Positions 56,773 to 64,000 of a DNA stretch of 64,000 nucleotides are shown here, in pieces (position 1 is the first letter of the stretch; each line of letters begins with the position of its first letter). Below the pieces are notes generated by a model that had not been told where the DNA came from, ran no database searches, and saw nothing but the letters and a program-made list of their open reading frames with translations. The position numbers were made by a program, and so were the translations under genes. Origin of the DNA: an uncultured Pseudobdellovibrionaceae bacterium (GTDB lineage Bacteria > Bdellovibrionota_B > Oligoflexia > Oligoflexales > Bog-1112); assembly GCA_964635325.1 (NCBI GenBank), contig CAZWOL010000006.1, positions 3,849-67,848 on the forward strand, given 5' to 3'.

Positions 56773-57702
56773 TTGAAGGATGAACTTGAATTCCATAGAC
56801 ACTGCAATGGAAGTCTAATCATCGCGAAAGGAACTTTTTTGTCTATAACTTTTTCCCAGATACTACTTTCCCCACTCACCTGGATTTTCTTCGTCTTTGG
56901 CTCGATTCTAGGCAGTTTTGCCAATGTATGCATTTACCGCCTCCCCCGAGAAATCTTTTGGCGCTCACACCGCTCCTTTTGCCCGCACTGTGAAGTCCCC
57001 ATACCTTTCTGGTGGAACCTACCCATTTTTGGTTTCCTCCTACTCAGAGGAAAAACTCACTGTTGTGACAAAGCCATTCCACGCTATTATCCGCTCGTAG
57101 AACTCTTCTGCGGATTGATGGTTAGCTACATCTACTGGCACTTTCCATTTTGGGGTAACGAACTCCCCCTTATGCCCCTACATATTCCAACGCTTCTTCG
57201 CTTTCTACATGCGTTGGTCTTTGCTTATCTGCTTCTGATTGCCTCAGTTATTGACATGCAGCACATGATCATCCCCGATGTGATTAGTCTGCCTATGGTT
57301 GCAGTAGCCCCACTTATTGCTTGGCTTCATCCAGATCTAACACTCCGCAGTTCGGGACTCGGCATTCTCCTTGGTGGAGGTGTATTCTTCCTGGTGGGGT
57401 GGATCTATATTGTACTGAGACGCAAAGAAGGCATGGGAATGGGTGATGTCAAGCTCCTTGGCGCCATCGGTGGTTGGCTCGGCTACGAAGCCCTTCTGCC
57501 CACTATACTTTTCGCATCGATCAGCGGCACCGTACTGAGTCTGAGTTGGATGCTATTCAAACGCGAATGGGACATGCAGGCTCCAATACCTTTCGGTCCA
57601 TTCCTTGCAACTGGTGCTGCATTTTATCTGCTTGCTCCTATGCACTGGCTCGAAGCCATTTCACATTTACAAATGGCACTTGCAAATGCACTCACCAACT
57701 AA
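56773..57702 (+). CDS. pilD: Prepilin peptidase (A24 family, PilD-like)
   Basis: Contains GSILGSFANVCIYRLP, a Cys-rich cytoplasmic loop (CPHCEVPI ... HCCDKAI) and the catalytic Asp contexts MIIPDVISLP and GMGMGDVKLLGAIG. The exact start is uncertain. Confidence 0.88.
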   Translation: MKDELEFHRHCNGSLIIAKGTFLSITFSQILLSPLTWIFFVFGSILGSFANVCIYRLPREIFWRSHRSFCPHCEVPIPFWWNLPIFGFLLLRGKTHCCDKAIPRYYPLVELFCGLMVSYIYWHFPFWGNELPLMPLHIPTLLRFLHALVFAYLLLIASVIDMQHMIIPDVISLPMVAVAPLIAWLHPDLTLRSSGLGILLGGGVFFLVGWIYIVLRRKEGMGMGDVKLLGAIGGWLGYEALLPTILFASISGTVLSLSWMLFKREWDMQAPIPFGPFLATGAAFYLLAPMHWLEAISHLQMALANALTN

Positions 57703-57811
57703 AACTGGATATTCACTCTAGGTCAAAACGACGTAGCCCCATCATCAAGAACTTACACCCCGTATGCGAATGTCTCGATGATTTAAAATTTCAACATCGA
57801 AGGAGCTCGCC

Positions 57812-58792
57812 ATGCGGAATTGGAATCTCGTAAGCTTAGGTTTGGGCTTAGCTTTAAGCGGATTTGCACTCGGAAACTACAGCTTTGACAACGAAGACAA
57901 TCTTTATAATCAACGAAATAGTTCTAATGACCAGGTCAATTTTGATGCAGCTCAAAAAGCATTTGATGCTTATGCGGCTATCTACAATAACAAAAGCCAC
58001 AGCACTGAAGACAGGTTGTATGCTTTCACCCAAATGGGTCGCTCACAAATCTATGCAGGCGGCATGCTCAAAGGTGCAAATTTGCAAGCGCGCAAAGAAG
58101 CACTCACAAAATGTTACAAGATTGCCCAAAGCGCTCGCAAAGAATTTGTGGGAAAACAAGAACCACATTATTTCTATCTAGGATGCATGGCTGCGCTAGC
58201 AAAAATTTCATCAGTTGGCACTCGTCTTAAACTTGCTCTAAAGCTCCCCTCAGCACAAAAAGAAGCCCTAGCTGCCAGCACTGTCGACGGCAAATTGGTC
58301 GGTGGTTTTGAAGGCGGAGGATCCCTTCGTGTCTCTTCAGGAATCGCATCCAACATCAAAGCCAAAGGTGTACCAGGTGGCTTCTACAATCCCAAACGTG
58401 CGATCGAACTCGCCGAAATCGCTCTAAACACTCCGACTATGCAGTCACATCCTTTCGAACCAATGAGTGGCAAAGACTATTTTGACAACTACTACTATCT
58501 CGCTTTTGCTTACTCTTCGCTGGGTATGGAAGAAAAAAACTTCAGTCATGTTGAAACCGCTTACAAAATCGTCACCGATCAAGTGAAAGCAATTGATGAC
58601 CTTATCGAAGCCAATGAGCTTCCAAAGGGACGTGAACCTGAAACAATGCACTACAGAACGGAAATGCTTGCGATCAAGTCAAACATCGAGGCTTGTCGCT
58701 CACATGCAAGTTGGGTTAGCTGCTTAGACGGTCGTCTCAACAAAGTGTCTGAAGAAATCGAAGCTAGCACAACAGAACACGACGACCTTTAG
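57812..58792 (+). CDS. Exported all-helical (TPR-like) protein of unknown function (326 aa)
   Basis: SD AAGGAG upstream and signal peptide MRNWNLVSLGLGLALSGFALG. Helical-repeat-like composition. First gene of a three-gene string with 35- and 18-nt spacers. Confidence 0.7.
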   Translation: MRNWNLVSLGLGLALSGFALGNYSFDNEDNLYNQRNSSNDQVNFDAAQKAFDAYAAIYNNKSHSTEDRLYAFTQMGRSQIYAGGMLKGANLQARKEALTKCYKIAQSARKEFVGKQEPHYFYLGCMAALAKISSVGTRLKLALKLPSAQKEALAASTVDGKLVGGFEGGGSLRVSSGIASNIKAKGVPGGFYNPKRAIELAEIALNTPTMQSHPFEPMSGKDYFDNYYYLAFAYSSLGMEEKNFSHVETAYKIVTDQVKAIDDLIEANELPKGREPETMHYRTEMLAIKSNIEACRSHASWVSCLDGRLNKVSEEIEASTTEHDDL

Positions 58793-58827
58793 GCGAGACC
58801 CCTAATCGAGAAAGGAAAGGAGCTCAT

Positions 58828-60060
58828 ATGTGGCACAATTTTCAGAAACTACAGTTTGCATTTTTGGGGCTGATCACAGCAGGGTCAGCCTATTCGATTG
58901 AGAACACAAAGGTACTTCCTAAGGGAGTCCGAAGTTTCAACATCAAAAGCGTGCAAACTTCTGTCGACCAAAAGACCGATGCCCAGGGCTTCTTTCACTC
59001 GATCGCAGAACCACTCGCGAAAGATTTCACCTTTCGTAAAGTGATTGAAGGTGAAAAAAACCCGACCAACCGCTTGCTACTGCAATCCTTTCTTCAGGGC
59101 AAATTTAGCGAAAGCGACAGTCTCGGCACTTTCTCCGCAGACATGAAAGGAAACATTCAGGTAACTGGAGGGATCTTCTCCTACGGTGCTACAGACAATC
59201 TAACACTTGCACTCGGCATCCCCTATTACCAAGCAAAAATGCATGTACGCATGGGTTTTAGAGCCTCTGAAAATGCTCAAAGATTTGTAGCAGCCCTAAA
59301 CGAACACGGAAACAATCAAACAGCAAAAGCACGTGAAGTTGCAGACAAATTAACTTTTGCTGTTCGTGAGTTGAATAAAAAACTCACTGACAATGGTTAT
59401 TCTGAAATTCAAGATTTTGAACGCTCCGGAATTGGGGATATCACCGTCGGTGCAAAGTATCTTTTTGTTGAACAAAGCTGGATAAAAACTGCAAATGCTT
59501 CAGGTGTAATCGCACCCACAGGATATGCTGGAGATCCCAACGTATTGGTAAATGTTCCTTTCGGCACTGGATCTTGGGGACTCTTCACAACATTTTATAC
59601 GGATGAATTTATTCGTGAAGATCTTTGGTTCAACCAATATGTAAAATACACCTACCAGGTTCCAACACATAAAAATGTACGCATGAAGACAGAAGATGAA
59701 TCTATAACAGTGCCTGAAGAACGTCTTGGATTCAAACCCGGCGATCGCTGGGAAGCTGGAGTTTCAACACAGTATGAGCCATGGTTTGGTCTTATGGCAG
59801 CTGTTGGGCTTAGCTATGCAGGGAAAAATGGGGATCGCTACGATACCGACAATTTAGTTTCGAAAAACGCTTTGGAAAAAGATGGATTCGAACGTGCATC
59901 ATTCTTAGAGGCTCGCATCGGATACCAAAGCATCCCAGCATTTAGACGTAAGGAAATTCCTGTACCGTTCGTTGTTTCTTTAGAAATGAAGCGACACCTT
60001 AGTAGTATCAATACAGTTGTCAAAGATCTTTACACTGCCGACTTCAGTCTTTACTTCTAA
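58828..60060 (+). CDS. Outer-membrane beta-barrel protein (MetA-pathway/transporter-like OMP), 410 aa
   Basis: SD AAGGAG, signal peptide FAFLGLITAGSAYS and alternating beta-strand pattern. The SGIGDITVGAKYLF block resembles the GxGD...KY motif of that OMP family. C-terminal aromatic end ...DFSLYF. Confidence 0.7.
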   Translation: MWHNFQKLQFAFLGLITAGSAYSIENTKVLPKGVRSFNIKSVQTSVDQKTDAQGFFHSIAEPLAKDFTFRKVIEGEKNPTNRLLLQSFLQGKFSESDSLGTFSADMKGNIQVTGGIFSYGATDNLTLALGIPYYQAKMHVRMGFRASENAQRFVAALNEHGNNQTAKAREVADKLTFAVRELNKKLTDNGYSEIQDFERSGIGDITVGAKYLFVEQSWIKTANASGVIAPTGYAGDPNVLVNVPFGTGSWGLFTTFYTDEFIREDLWFNQYVKYTYQVPTHKNVRMKTEDESITVPEERLGFKPGDRWEAGVSTQYEPWFGLMAAVGLSYAGKNGDRYDTDNLVSKNALEKDGFERASFLEARIGYQSIPAFRRKEIPVPFVVSLEMKRHLSSINTVVKDLYTADFSLYF

Positions 60061-60078
60061 GAACAAGGGACAATACAT

Positions 60079-61905
60079 ATGAACTACAATTATCAAAAAC
60101 GATTCGTCCAACTGAGTAGCTGTATTTTTGCAGTATATTTTTCTGCCTGTGGCCCACGAGATCCCAAGATTCAGGAGCAGGAGCGTTCTGTTGTTAAACT
60201 GCCTGAATTTGCAGAGGCATCGCAAATCTATAGCTTTCTTCATAAAGACGCTCACTTACGCAGCGATCTCAGCAAGGATTTTTTTGAAGGCACTCTCATA
60301 CTCTGGAAGGATGAGGCGGCTAAAGAAAAACTCGCTGATGTTCTTGAATCAGCACGTCAAACACGAGAAGACAAGGCTTATATAGCAGCAACCAAAAAAG
60401 CAATTGCCATTGAAAAAGCAGCCCTCGACAAAGATGTCGACAACAAGCTTAGAGCTCTCAACAATGATCTTCGACAAAAAGAGTCAGACCTGGCAAATTT
60501 GAAAAATTCTCCAGAGTATCGCAAGCAACAAATGGAGGAGATGGACTTTTATCGCAAGCAAAGCCCTCAGCTTCTTGCGGACAACCAAGCTTGGCTCGAT
60601 AAAAACAAGACTTCTACTAGCGATGAAGCCTTCCAAGATTACTGCGATGTACGACTTCTAGAGTTTGCGATCTCCTCAATCTTACGCAACCAAAGCTTTA
60701 CAGAGCGACCTAAAGTTCTCGGTATCTGCGAAGGTTATTTTGCATCACGAAATCTCTTTCAAGGAACAAGCTGCGCAACCGAACAGACGGGTCGTGGAAA
60801 TTACTTCCAATGCATTTGGGAAAACGGGATACTCAAAACCTTTAGTTTACTTAAAAAAAACGGCAGCAAAGCTGATAATGATGAACAAAATGAGTTTATA
60901 AGCAAACTTGACGAACTCAAGACTTGGATAACCGCTCAGACCAATCTCAATCGTGAAGTTTTCACCCTAAAACGCGTTGGAACACAATTCAAAATAGAAC
61001 TGGATCGCAGCGGAGCAAAAAAACGGTTGGTCAAAATCCACAACGATGGTCCCACATCTTTTTTGCAAGATGAAACAAGTGTCGTCTTTCTCAAAACCCT
61101 TACAAAAGAACGTACAAGCGGCACTCATACGTATTCATTTCACGACATTCTATTCAACACTCATATACTTACGGAACTTGACTCAATCCCAACAATGGGA
61201 GAATCCGACAAAGCCGAGTTTGGCACCCAGATTCGACAATTGGATGTACTTTTCGGGCAACAAAGCCCAAACATGAAAGCAGATAGAGATTTACAGAAGC
61301 AATTGATAAGCGATATTCAAAAAATCAAGAATCAAATCGTTATCGAATCAGAACGTAAAAATGCGAGTTCACCACGAAGTCCAGAACTCAAAAATGCGCA
61401 GGAAAAACTTTTGACGACTGAGCAAAAAACAGCAGCCATGCTTAAAGGTGAAAACCTTGCTCATCTAGTACTTAAAAGCCAAGTTACTTTTGAAAGTATT
61501 GACGACACTCTTATCGCTGTCACCGTCAATCTCAATAGCGGGGCAAACCATGACAAAGATTTACGTGGCTGCTTCAATAAAAGCACAGGCGCCAACCAAA
61601 GATGCCCAAGCTCTCACGCAATTGGATCACCTGCAGAGCTTAGCTTCAACCAGAACAGCGGACTATTGACCGTTCGCTCGGTCTTGCAAAATGCAGTTGA
61701 GCTAGGATGTCGCTTCAACGACGGAGATGCGGACTTTCAGTTGATTCCCGAAGTAGCTCTTACAAATCGTACACTTTACTTGGAGCTTTACCCTGAGTTA
61801 TTCACCAATGACTTAAAACTACTTGGGGGCTTAGCTCAGGTGAAAGATGGAAATTCGATTTTATTTCAGGGAAACATGTCACTTACAAGCAAGACCAGCG
61901 ACTAA
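60079..61905 (+). CDS. Coiled-coil lipoprotein of unknown function (608 aa)
   Basis: Lipobox AVYFSACG. Long K/E/Q-rich helical segments and several Cys pairs. No family recognised. Confidence 0.7.
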   Translation: MNYNYQKRFVQLSSCIFAVYFSACGPRDPKIQEQERSVVKLPEFAEASQIYSFLHKDAHLRSDLSKDFFEGTLILWKDEAAKEKLADVLESARQTREDKAYIAATKKAIAIEKAALDKDVDNKLRALNNDLRQKESDLANLKNSPEYRKQQMEEMDFYRKQSPQLLADNQAWLDKNKTSTSDEAFQDYCDVRLLEFAISSILRNQSFTERPKVLGICEGYFASRNLFQGTSCATEQTGRGNYFQCIWENGILKTFSLLKKNGSKADNDEQNEFISKLDELKTWITAQTNLNREVFTLKRVGTQFKIELDRSGAKKRLVKIHNDGPTSFLQDETSVVFLKTLTKERTSGTHTYSFHDILFNTHILTELDSIPTMGESDKAEFGTQIRQLDVLFGQQSPNMKADRDLQKQLISDIQKIKNQIVIESERKNASSPRSPELKNAQEKLLTTEQKTAAMLKGENLAHLVLKSQVTFESIDDTLIAVTVNLNSGANHDKDLRGCFNKSTGANQRCPSSHAIGSPAELSFNQNSGLLTVRSVLQNAVELGCRFNDGDADFQLIPEVALTNRTLYLELYPELFTNDLKLLGGLAQVKDGNSILFQGNMSLTSKTSD

Positions 61906-61933
61906 TTTCAATGGAAGCTAAAGATCCGCAAAT

Positions 61934-63019
61934 CTAATACGGCCATGCACCTTGAAAGAAATAACGAACTGAGATTGAGGCAGAAATTGCTACAGTGAGC
62001 AGCACAAGAACCCCGAAGCCGACTCTTGCTTGTAACGTCTGAAATTTCGCAAACCAAACGTGTCCGTACTCCCCGAGCGCAAACCACATAGGGAAAAGTA
62101 CTGCTGCAAAACGCAGAGCTGAAGGGAAGTTGCTACCCTGAAGAGGCCAGAGTAAAACACTACCAAGAACATATGCATAGATCGCTAAATTTTTTCGCCA
62201 GTTCTGTCGAATTTTGACAAAGCAGATTGCAACGCTCATCCAGAGCAAACATGCACGCCAGAAATTCGACACACTCAGCCAGACTAGTTTGGAGAAATAT
62301 TCGCGCAACTCAATATGGCCCCAATGATCTTGTGCTTTGACAGATGCTAGAACATCTCCCGTTTTCCAATATAAGAAGCTCAACCACAAAGCATAAAGGG
62401 AAGCAGAAATGAATCCTGAACATAAAAAAATTCTAATGCGTGACCTTAGACTCAAACCAGGAGTCTGTAGACATAGCAACAATGCAATAGCTGCAGCACA
62501 GAGCACCCCCTGGTTACGAGTGAGAGCAGCAAGCCCAGCAAGCACGGAGGCGAAGACAATACGATTTTTAGTTGCAGAACAGAAAGCAAAGTATGTCAAA
62601 AACAGAAAGAGAGACTCTGTATGATTGGAAAAGAAGACCCACGATGCTGGCGAGAATGCGAGAAAAAAAAGTCCTAAAAGAGCTACACGCTGTCTTGCAG
62701 CATGAAAAAATACGATCGCAAAAAGTGTAAGAGAAAAAAAGCTTGCAAAGAATAGATGCATCGATATTGGAACAACAAGAAGCATCATTCTGAGTATAAG
62801 AGGATAAAGTGGATAGAAAGCAAAGGGAACATCGAAGGCCAGCCCTCGAGTTGGACTATAACCCTCTGTCGCTAGATGGGTGTACCAAAAAGAGTCCAGA
62901 TAACTCAGTTTCTGTTCTAACAAATTAAAATCAAACCCCACACTAATCAGGGCTATGGATATATGAAGCACCACATACAACGCAAATATAACCACAGCAA
63001 ATGGGACAGCCTTCTTCAT
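61934..63019 (-). CDS. Polytopic membrane glycosyltransferase, PIG-V/mannosyltransferase-like
   Basis: 361 aa, about 9-10 TM segments. The N-terminal loop LDSFWYTHLATEGYS resembles the D-S-x-W-Y-x-x-I-A-x-x-G-Y motif of PIG-V-like mannosyltransferases. Confidence 0.5.
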   Translation of the reverse strand: MKKAVPFAVVIFALYVVLHISIALISVGFDFNLLEQKLSYLDSFWYTHLATEGYSPTRGLAFDVPFAFYPLYPLILRMMLLVVPISMHLFFASFFSLTLFAIVFFHAARQRVALLGLFFLAFSPASWVFFSNHTESLFLFLTYFAFCSATKNRIVFASVLAGLAALTRNQGVLCAAAIALLLCLQTPGLSLRSRIRIFLCSGFISASLYALWLSFLYWKTGDVLASVKAQDHWGHIELREYFSKLVWLSVSNFWRACLLWMSVAICFVKIRQNWRKNLAIYAYVLGSVLLWPLQGSNFPSALRFAAVLFPMWFALGEYGHVWFAKFQTLQARVGFGVLVLLTVAISASISVRYFFQGAWPY

Positions 63020-63034
63020 ACGCGAAAGATCCTT

Positions 63035-63349
63035 TCAATGAGCAAGAAATACAAATTTATCTTGATACCACAACTTGATGCCTGAATCTTTCGCTAAAAT
63101 ACCAAAAAACCGGGGGTAGAAACCGTAAAATCCAACACATCGAGTACGACATGTTTTGCCAAAATATTCTTTTACACCTAGTACTAGACAAACTCTCCCG
63201 AAGGCATTGCGGATCGCATCGAAGCTTGTCTCATTCGCATAGTTCCAGACAAAATTCACAGCTCTTGCCATATCTTTGAGCTCTCTTTTTATAGAAGAGG
63301 CTTTAATGCGAAAAGAATATGTGAGGATAGTCGACACACTAAGGACCAC
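63035..63349 (-). pseudogene. Possible decayed IS200/IS605-family TnpB-like remnant (104-aa ORF)
   Basis: YSFRIKASSIKRELKDMARAVNFVWNYANE resembles the TnpB N-terminus (Y.FR.yP...Q...L......RFVYN.aL). KEYFGKTCRTRCVG faintly resembles the ..YTSKTCS.CG zinc-finger block. Everything in between is missing. Weak, by eye only. Confidence 0.25.
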
Positions 63350-63495
63350 TGTTGCATCGATTCAAATATGCTGCTAAGGAATAGCAAAGGAGGATTTAGA
63401 TCAACAAAAAAAGTCAAATCTTAGATTGCATTATCATTGTGTATACTCAGAATATATAGCTAACCAGGAAAATCCTGAGGTGTGAGCTTCTGATC

Positions 63496-63530
63496 AAAGT
63501 GGAAAATGATGATTTATCATTTTCCACTTT
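63496..63530. repeat. Perfect 15-bp inverted repeat with a 5-nt loop
   Basis: AAAGTGGAAAATGAT-gattt-ATCATTTTCCACTTT. It lies in the spacer between the TnpB-like ORF and the next plus-strand gene, with no adjoining U-tract outside the stem. Confidence 0.9.
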
Positions 63531-63582
63531 TGCCAATCCATCTCCACCCAAGCTAATTCACTCCTGACGTCATTCATTGCCT

Positions 63583-64000
63583 ATGGATGGAGAATTCTTG
63601 GCAGGAAACATTAAACATCTCGAAAAGAAAAACGCACAGAAAAAAAGACACCATCTTCTTTTGCTTTTATTTCTCATGTTTTCGATGGGCGCACGCGCAG
63701 CAGCAGAGTTAGCACCAGATGATGTTTTCGAGCTAGAAGATAAGCACGGTATTGATTATCGAAAAATAGAGCATGAAGGGCAGACAGCTCACGTTCTTAG
63801 AGTTGACACGAGTCGTTTTGAAATTGCTCTTCTAAAGGCAGAGGGTCTAGAAAAATCAAGCGAGCTAGCAAAGAAAGGCAAGGCTATTGTTGCCATCAAT
63901 GCTGGTTTTTTTGAATCTAACGGTAGCCCTGCAGGTGCTTTCAAATTAGATGGCAAGTGGATTAAATTTCCAAGGAAGAATCGAGGTGTAGTAGGTTGGA
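63583..64000 (+). CDS. Phosphodiester glycosidase (NAGPA/DUF2233)-like exported protein, N-terminal part; runs off the right edge
   Basis: Not in the ORF track (no stop in the window). The ATG at 63583 gives MDGEFLAGNIKHLEKKNAQKKRHHLLLLLFLMFSMGARAAAE..., a signal anchor. It continues through ...AHVLRVDTSRFEIALLKAEG...AIVAINAGFFESNGSPAGAFKLDGKW, typical of the NAGPA-domain start. Confidence 0.55.
   Translation, partial: MDGEFLAGNIKHLEKKNAQKKRHHLLLLLFLMFSMGARAAAELAPDDVFELEDKHGIDYRKIEHEGQTAHVLRVDTSRFEIALLKAEGLEKSSELAKKGKAIVAINAGFFESNGSPAGAFKLDGKWIKFPRKNRGVVGW

Overview
A 64-kb, densely coding chromosomal segment from a Gram-negative bacterium, with about 60 CDS on both strands and short spacers. 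GC looks moderate by eye. The BamD, TonB-like, PilD and lipobox proteins indicate a diderm. I guess a Bdellovibrionota/Oligoflexia-like or other host-associated or predatory lineage, but that is a low-confidence inference. All homology calls come from reading motifs by eye against remembered family signatures; no searches were run.

Housekeeping content:
- Arginine biosynthesis: argC-argJ-argB (argB runs off the left edge).
- Proteases and peptidases: M48 peptidase, pepA, M28 peptidase.
- DNA replication and repair: rmuC, priA, mutY, mutS2.
- Central and lipid metabolism: class-III and class-V aminotransferases, acyl-CoA dehydrogenase, etfBA, hbd, a fused 2-oxoacid dehydrogenase E1 alpha/beta, eno, gpmI, hemE, gmhA-like.
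- Translation-related: an rpsR-rpmB-(small ORF)-rpsT cluster, epmA, tlyA.
- Envelope: MltD-like transglycosylase, TonB-like protein, bamD, pilD, a PIG-V-like glycosyltransferase.

I recognised no rRNA, tRNA or CRISPR array. The only possible mobile-element trace is a weak TnpB-like remnant plus a perfect 15-bp hairpin near 63.0-63.5 kb.

Most interesting loci:
1. A TLC/NTT-type nucleotide transporter (27.2-28.7 kb), divergently paired with two tandem paralogous Cys-rich exported proteins of unknown family (29.0-31.6 kb).
2. A HAMP-only membrane protein coupled to an oversized DUF342/FapA-like beta-helix protein (36.6-39.4 kb), behind a 550-nt non-coding region.
3. A four-gene string of NYN-domain protein, unknown 382-aa protein, UGPase/DUF4301-like nucleotidyltransferase and DAG-kinase-like lipid kinase (45.3-49.4 kb).
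4. A pilD-adjacent triad of exported helical protein, beta-barrel OMP and coiled-coil lipoprotein (57.8-61.9 kb).
5. A LonC-like protease operon with an unknown HTH-like partner, epmA and a small acidic protein (31.6-36.1 kb).
6. Ribosomal oddities: a 178-aa bS18 with RG-rich and acidic extensions, and an unannotated 48-aa basic ORF with a strong SD between rpmB and rpsT.
7. A divergent ClpP translationally coupled to an ABC exporter.
8. A secreted-protein ORF split at an A6 run.

Several convergent gene pairs overlap at their 3' ends: hemE/gmhA-like by 4 nt, tlyA/unknown by 26 nt, and lipid kinase/mutY by 36 nt.
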